This document shows, piece by piece, positions 60,252 to 64,000 of a stretch of DNA of 64,000 nt (the stretch's first letter is position 1; every line of letters begins with the position of its first letter). The DNA lies in NCBI GenBank assembly GCA_963770895.1, contig CAVYRF010000002.1:2944001-3008000 (forward strand), given 5' to 3'. A model generated the notes under the pieces. The model was not told where the DNA came from and ran no database searches. It saw nothing but the letters and a program-made list of their open reading frames with translations. The position numbers and the translations under genes are program-made. The DNA is from an uncultured Acidobacteriota bacterium (GTDB lineage: Bacteria; Acidobacteriota; Thermoanaerobaculia; Multivoradales; UBA5704).

Positions 60252-61400
60252 TCAACGCCCCGCCCCGCCCGCGAGCGCGAGCACCTGCTGCTCCCAGCTG
60301 GCGGCGATCGCCGCCCACGAGAAGCGGGCGCGATAGCCGTTGGCGTCCAGGTCTTCGAGCGGGCCGGTGGGGACGGCAGACAGACCATCTGACGCCGGCG
60401 ATGGCGCGGTTGGTGGCGACAGGGGCGGCGGCGGAAAGGGTCGCAGGGAGCGCGGAAAGAAGGGCCGCAGGTCCGCGACGCCGCCGGCTTCGGTGGCAAA
60501 GACGGGCATCCCCGACTCCAGCATCTCGTTGAGGTTGAGGCCCCACCCTTCGACGTCGCTGGTGAAGAGGCCGGCATCGTGGCCGGCAAGCAGCGCCGGC
60601 AGCTGGGAGCGGGTGAACGACGGCACCAGCGCCACCCGACCGGAGCGCAGCCAGGCCGCCGGCAGCTCGCGCTCGGGAGCCGTGCCGCAGCCGGCCAGGG
60701 TGAAGCTGTCGCCGCCCGGTCCGGTCAGGCGCTCCGCCATGAAGCGCAGCAGCGGCCGCAGGCCTTTATGGGCGGTCCAGCGGCCCATCCAAAGGTAGCG
60801 CCGGCCGGCGCCCGCCGCCGCGCCGGCCCCGGTCGCGCCGGCACGTCCGCGGCGCACCGCGGCGAGCGCATCCTGCTCGGCCTCTGGCAGGGTGTTCAGG
60901 TAGAGCCCCAGCTTGCCGCGCCAGGCGGGGAAGCGCCGCCGCATCCAGGCCAGCTCCAGGCTCCCCAGGCAGAGGATGGCCCGCGCCCGCCGCCAGCCGC
61001 CGACGATCGCCGCCGCCATCGGCACGCCGAAGGCAGCGTGCACGGCGCCGCGCAGCGGCAGCGGGCGGGCCAGGTCGGCACGCAGGCCGCGCCACAGGTA
61101 GCGCAGCTCCGGCTGGACGCTGCGCACCACCAGGATGCCGTGGCGCGCCAGCTGCCGGCTGGCGGTGAGCGCCGGCGACTCGATGACGTCGAACGGCCCG
61201 TTGGCGGCGGCGTAGGTTTCGATCGCCCGCCGCTGGCGGCGGCGCAGGTTGAACCAGCGCGTATCCGCCGGCAGCGGCTCGGGCGACCAGGCGCGGGCGT
61301 CGTGGCCGCGCGCCGCGAGCGCCGCGGCCAGGCTCATCGCCACCTGGGACGCTCCCAGCTCGGCGGTGAGCGGCGGGTGGCTCACGATCAGGATTCTCAC
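60252..61400 (-). CDS. GT4 glycosyltransferase
   Basis: GTG start MRILIVSH, GRWTAHKG, TSDVEGWGLNLNEMLESG. Confidence 0.9.
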   Translation of the reverse strand: MRILIVSHPPLTAELGASQVAMSLAAALAARGHDARAWSPEPLPADTRWFNLRRRQRRAIETYAAANGPFDVIESPALTASRQLARHGILVVRSVQPELRYLWRGLRADLARPLPLRGAVHAAFGVPMAAAIVGGWRRARAILCLGSLELAWMRRRFPAWRGKLGLYLNTLPEAEQDALAAVRRGRAGATGAGAAAGAGRRYLWMGRWTAHKGLRPLLRFMAERLTGPGGDSFTLAGCGTAPERELPAAWLRSGRVALVPSFTRSQLPALLAGHDAGLFTSDVEGWGLNLNEMLESGMPVFATEAGGVADLRPFFPRSLRPFPPPPLSPPTAPSPASDGLSAVPTGPLEDLDANGYRARFSWAAIAASWEQQVLALAGGAGR

Positions 61401-62188
61401 CGCGCTCCCGCGGCCGGCGCGCCGGGCGGCAGGGCCAGGGTGTTCCAGGCCGGGCTGGTCACCGGCTGGCGCGCGCCGGGCGGCAGCTCTGCGTCGTACA
61501 GGGTGTAGCCGTGCGACGCCAGGAGCTGCGCCACCTGGGCAGCGGTGCCGGAACCGACTTCGCACAGCAGCGTCGGACGCACCTGGGCCAGCAGGCGGGC
61601 GGCGCCGCGCAGGCAGGCCAGCTCGGCACCCTCGACGTCCACCTTGAGCAGGGCCGGGGCGGGGAACGCCTCGAGCAGCCCGTCCAGGGTCACGGTCACC
61701 ACCTTTTGGACGCTGCGGGTGCCGCCCGCCTGACTGCTGCCGGCGACGCTCGCCAGGTGGTTGGCCGCCCTGCCGCGCGCCGCGACGTGGAAGTCCGCGA
61801 CGCCCTGGCGCTCGGCGACGGCGGCGCTCAGCACGTCGATCGGCGCGTGACCCGCGGGGAGCGTCGCGGCCGAACGCCGCAGCAGGGTGGCGAGCCAGCC
61901 ATCGGCTTCGACCGCCAGCACCTCGCCGCCGGCGCCCGCGGCGTGGGAGGCGACGACGGCGAAGAGGCCGACGTTGGCCCCCACGTCCCACACCACGGCC
62001 CCCGGCTGCACCAGCTCGCGCGCCAGGCGCACCAGCAGCGGGTCGACGGCCGCCAGGTCGCGCCGCCAGAACCGCGCCGCCGCGTCGGGCGAAACCCACA
62101 GGGTATGGCCGCCGAGCGCCGCCGGCAGGCGCCGCTTGAGCACGCGGTCGCGGCTCAGCCTTTCGACCAGGTTCCTGATCATGCTCAT
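61397..62188 (-). CDS. FkbM family methyltransferase
   Basis: WDVGANVG, VTLD, LKVDVEGAE. Confidence 0.92.
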   Translation of the reverse strand: MSMIRNLVERLSRDRVLKRRLPAALGGHTLWVSPDAAARFWRRDLAAVDPLLVRLARELVQPGAVVWDVGANVGLFAVVASHAAGAGGEVLAVEADGWLATLLRRSAATLPAGHAPIDVLSAAVAERQGVADFHVAARGRAANHLASVAGSSQAGGTRSVQKVVTVTLDGLLEAFPAPALLKVDVEGAELACLRGAARLLAQVRPTLLCEVGSGTAAQVAQLLASHGYTLYDAELPPGARQPVTSPAWNTLALPPGAPAAGAR

Positions 62189-62208
62189 GGGTCGGTCCGG
62201 CACCAACG

Positions 62209-63240
62209 TCAGCGTGCCGCCCGCGCCGGCGTTGCCCGCGCCGCGCGCGGTGCGCGCAGCACCTGCCAGCCCGGCGCGCGCAGACGTGCAAGCGTCGGAC
62301 CGGGGTCGCGCATGGCCAGAAAGTTAGGCGCTTCGTAGGGCGGCAGCCGCGGCGGCTCGCACGGCGACGACAGCACCAGGCCGCGCAGGTTCCAGCCCAG
62401 GGCGACGACGTGGTAGCCGTGCGCGCACAGCAGGTCGCACAGCGTCTGGCGCAGCGGCCCGTAGGCTTCGTAGATGACGTTGGCGATCGCCCCTGCCGCC
62501 AGGGCTCGCGCGGCGCCGGCCAGCACCTGCGGCTCGCCGCCTTCGACGTCGATCTTCACCATCTTCACCGCCGGCGTGTCCGCGGCCGCCGCGGCCAGCG
62601 GCTCGGCCGCGGTTGGAGTCGCGGTCGCCGGCACACCCGCCGGCGCCGCCATGGCCGCCATGGCCGCCATGGCCGCCGACGGCGCCAACGCCGCCAGCGT
62701 CGCGTCGAGCGTCGTCACCGGGATGCGCAGCGCGCCCTCCTGATCGGTGAGGCGGGCGGTGCCCTGGTTGGCGGCGAAATAGGTGCCGCAATCCAGGAAT
62801 CCATCGCCCGCGCGTTCGCCCAGGGCGCTGGCCACGACTTCGATCGGCGCCAGGCTGGGGCAGCGCTCCTGGAACGCCGCCACGTTGTCGCGCAGGCGCC
62901 GGCAGACGTCCGGATGCGGCTCGAAGGCCAGCACCCTGCCGGCGGCGCCCGCCCGCAGCGCCATGATGCTGGTCATGTAGCCCAGGTTGGCGCCGGCGTC
63001 GATCGCCACGTCGCCGGGCTCGATCAGCCGCCACAGGGTTTCGCTCACCGCCAGGTCGTACAGACCCAGCCGCCAGATGGCGCCGCCGACGTCTTCGCCG
63101 GCGTCGACCGCCAGCGGCAGCCCCCAGGGCAGCTCGACCACCACCTTCCGGGGTGGCGCGCCGGTCAGCACCTGGCGCAGCCGCCGCGCCGCCTGGCCGG
63201 GGCGCCACAGGTAGTGCGGCTTGAGGATGCCGGCGATCAC
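62209..63240 (-). CDS. FkbM family methyltransferase
   Basis: IDAGANLG, AFEP, TTLD, KIDVEGGE. GTG start overlaps the upstream stop. Confidence 0.92.
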   Translation of the reverse strand: MIAGILKPHYLWRPGQAARRLRQVLTGAPPRKVVVELPWGLPLAVDAGEDVGGAIWRLGLYDLAVSETLWRLIEPGDVAIDAGANLGYMTSIMALRAGAAGRVLAFEPHPDVCRRLRDNVAAFQERCPSLAPIEVVASALGERAGDGFLDCGTYFAANQGTARLTDQEGALRIPVTTLDATLAALAPSAAMAAMAAMAAPAGVPATATPTAAEPLAAAAADTPAVKMVKIDVEGGEPQVLAGAARALAAGAIANVIYEAYGPLRQTLCDLLCAHGYHVVALGWNLRGLVLSSPCEPPRLPPYEAPNFLAMRDPGPTLARLRAPGWQVLRAPRAARATPARAAR

Positions 63241-64000
63241 GAGCGCACGTCTTCCAGGCGCCACAGGCTCAGGGTGCGGTGGAGGTGCCGGCCGTCCTCG
63301 TCGTACTCCTTTTCCAGGATGGCCTGGCGCGGCGGCGGCAGGCGGAAGGGCGGCAGCTCCAGGTCGAGCGGCCGCCATTGGCCGCTCAGGATGTCCTGGT
63401 TGGCGGCGAGCCCCGGATAGTGGGTGGTGAGCAGCCAGGTCGCGCCGCTGGCGCGAAAGTTGGTCAGCGCGCGGCGGATGTAGAAAAAGGACAGGTGGAT
63501 CAGGGCGTCGCGGCAGAGGATCAGGTCGGCTTCGGGCAGGCCGTCGGCGGTGAAGTCGGCCACCGCGAAATGGACGCCGCGGCCGGTCACGCGCCGGCGG
63601 TTGCGCTCGACGAGCGCCGGCACGATGTCGACGCCGGTGTAGCGATCCAGCCCCATCTCGGCGGGAACCAGCCAGTTGCAGTCGCCGCAAGGCGCGTCGA
63701 GCAGCGAGCGGACGCCCAGCTGGCGCAGCAGCGGCGGCAGCTGGGCGCGCACCGCGCGCGTTTCTTCCAGGGTCGAGCCCAGCCCCGAAACCGTTTCCGC
63801 CTGGCCCCACATGTTGCCGTCGTGGATGGCGCCGAAGATGCCGCCCAGGTGATCGCCGCGGCCGCCCAGGCGCCGCGCCAGCTCCTTGAGCTGAAGATAG
63901 CCCGCCGCCGCCCGCGGCAGTGCCGCCCGCGGCAGCGCCGCCTTGAGGCACGCCTTCAGGCGCGCTCTCCAGCGGGCCCGTTCGGCGCTGGGCGGGTGGG
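63237..64000 (-). CDS. Class I SAM-dependent methyltransferase (start may lie outside window)
   Basis: WG..ETVSGLGS, LLDAPCGD.NW, GVDIV, CRD.LIH. Confidence 0.85.
   Translation of the reverse strand, partial: HPPSAERARWRARLKACLKAALPRAALPRAAAGYLQLKELARRLGGRGDHLGGIFGAIHDGNMWGQAETVSGLGSTLEETRAVRAQLPPLLRQLGVRSLLDAPCGDCNWLVPAEMGLDRYTGVDIVPALVERNRRRVTGRGVHFAVADFTADGLPEADLILCRDALIHLSFFYIRRALTNFRASGATWLLTTHYPGLAANQDILSGQWRPLDLELPPFRLPPPRQAILEKEYDEDGRHLHRTLSLWRLEDVRS

Overview
High-GC bacterial window. The gene style (XRE-like HTH, ECF sigma next to a Zn-finger/TPR gene, Ala/Pro/Gly-rich insertions) suggests Acidobacteriota (Thermoanaerobaculia-like), which is an inference. Left to right: (1) ABC-2 exporter and cupin. 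(2) An ~11 kb decaying integrative element (about 2.5-13.9 kb) with a GGDEF relic, a secreted 8-Cys mini-protein, a broken tyrosine integrase, vapBC, mobC, AlpA-like HTH, a primase-helicase followed by iteron-like repeats, and a SIR2-NB-ARC-TPR NLR-like gene with near-identical 120-bp repeats. It ends at a tRNA-Thr(CGT) 3' remnant. (3) Acyl-CoA ligase, S9 peptidase, and a lanC/bstA gene string next to a C39-ABC exporter and a GAF-HlyD fusion, with no LanB or precursor visible. (4) CNNM/TlyC protein and CIRCE-controlled groESL. (5) A two-gene, apparently Sec-exported split RHS polymorphic toxin locus with an orphan toxin module and duplicated immunity-like genes. (6) A surface-glycan locus interrupted by an ECF sigma / secreted DPxG-tailed peptide / zinc-anti-sigma-TPR triad and an SRPBCC-ArsR pair. 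The best candidates for undescribed biology are that triad (possible peptide signalling), the split RHS system and the repeat-diversifying SIR2-NLR. All functional calls come from motifs read by eye; no database searches were run.
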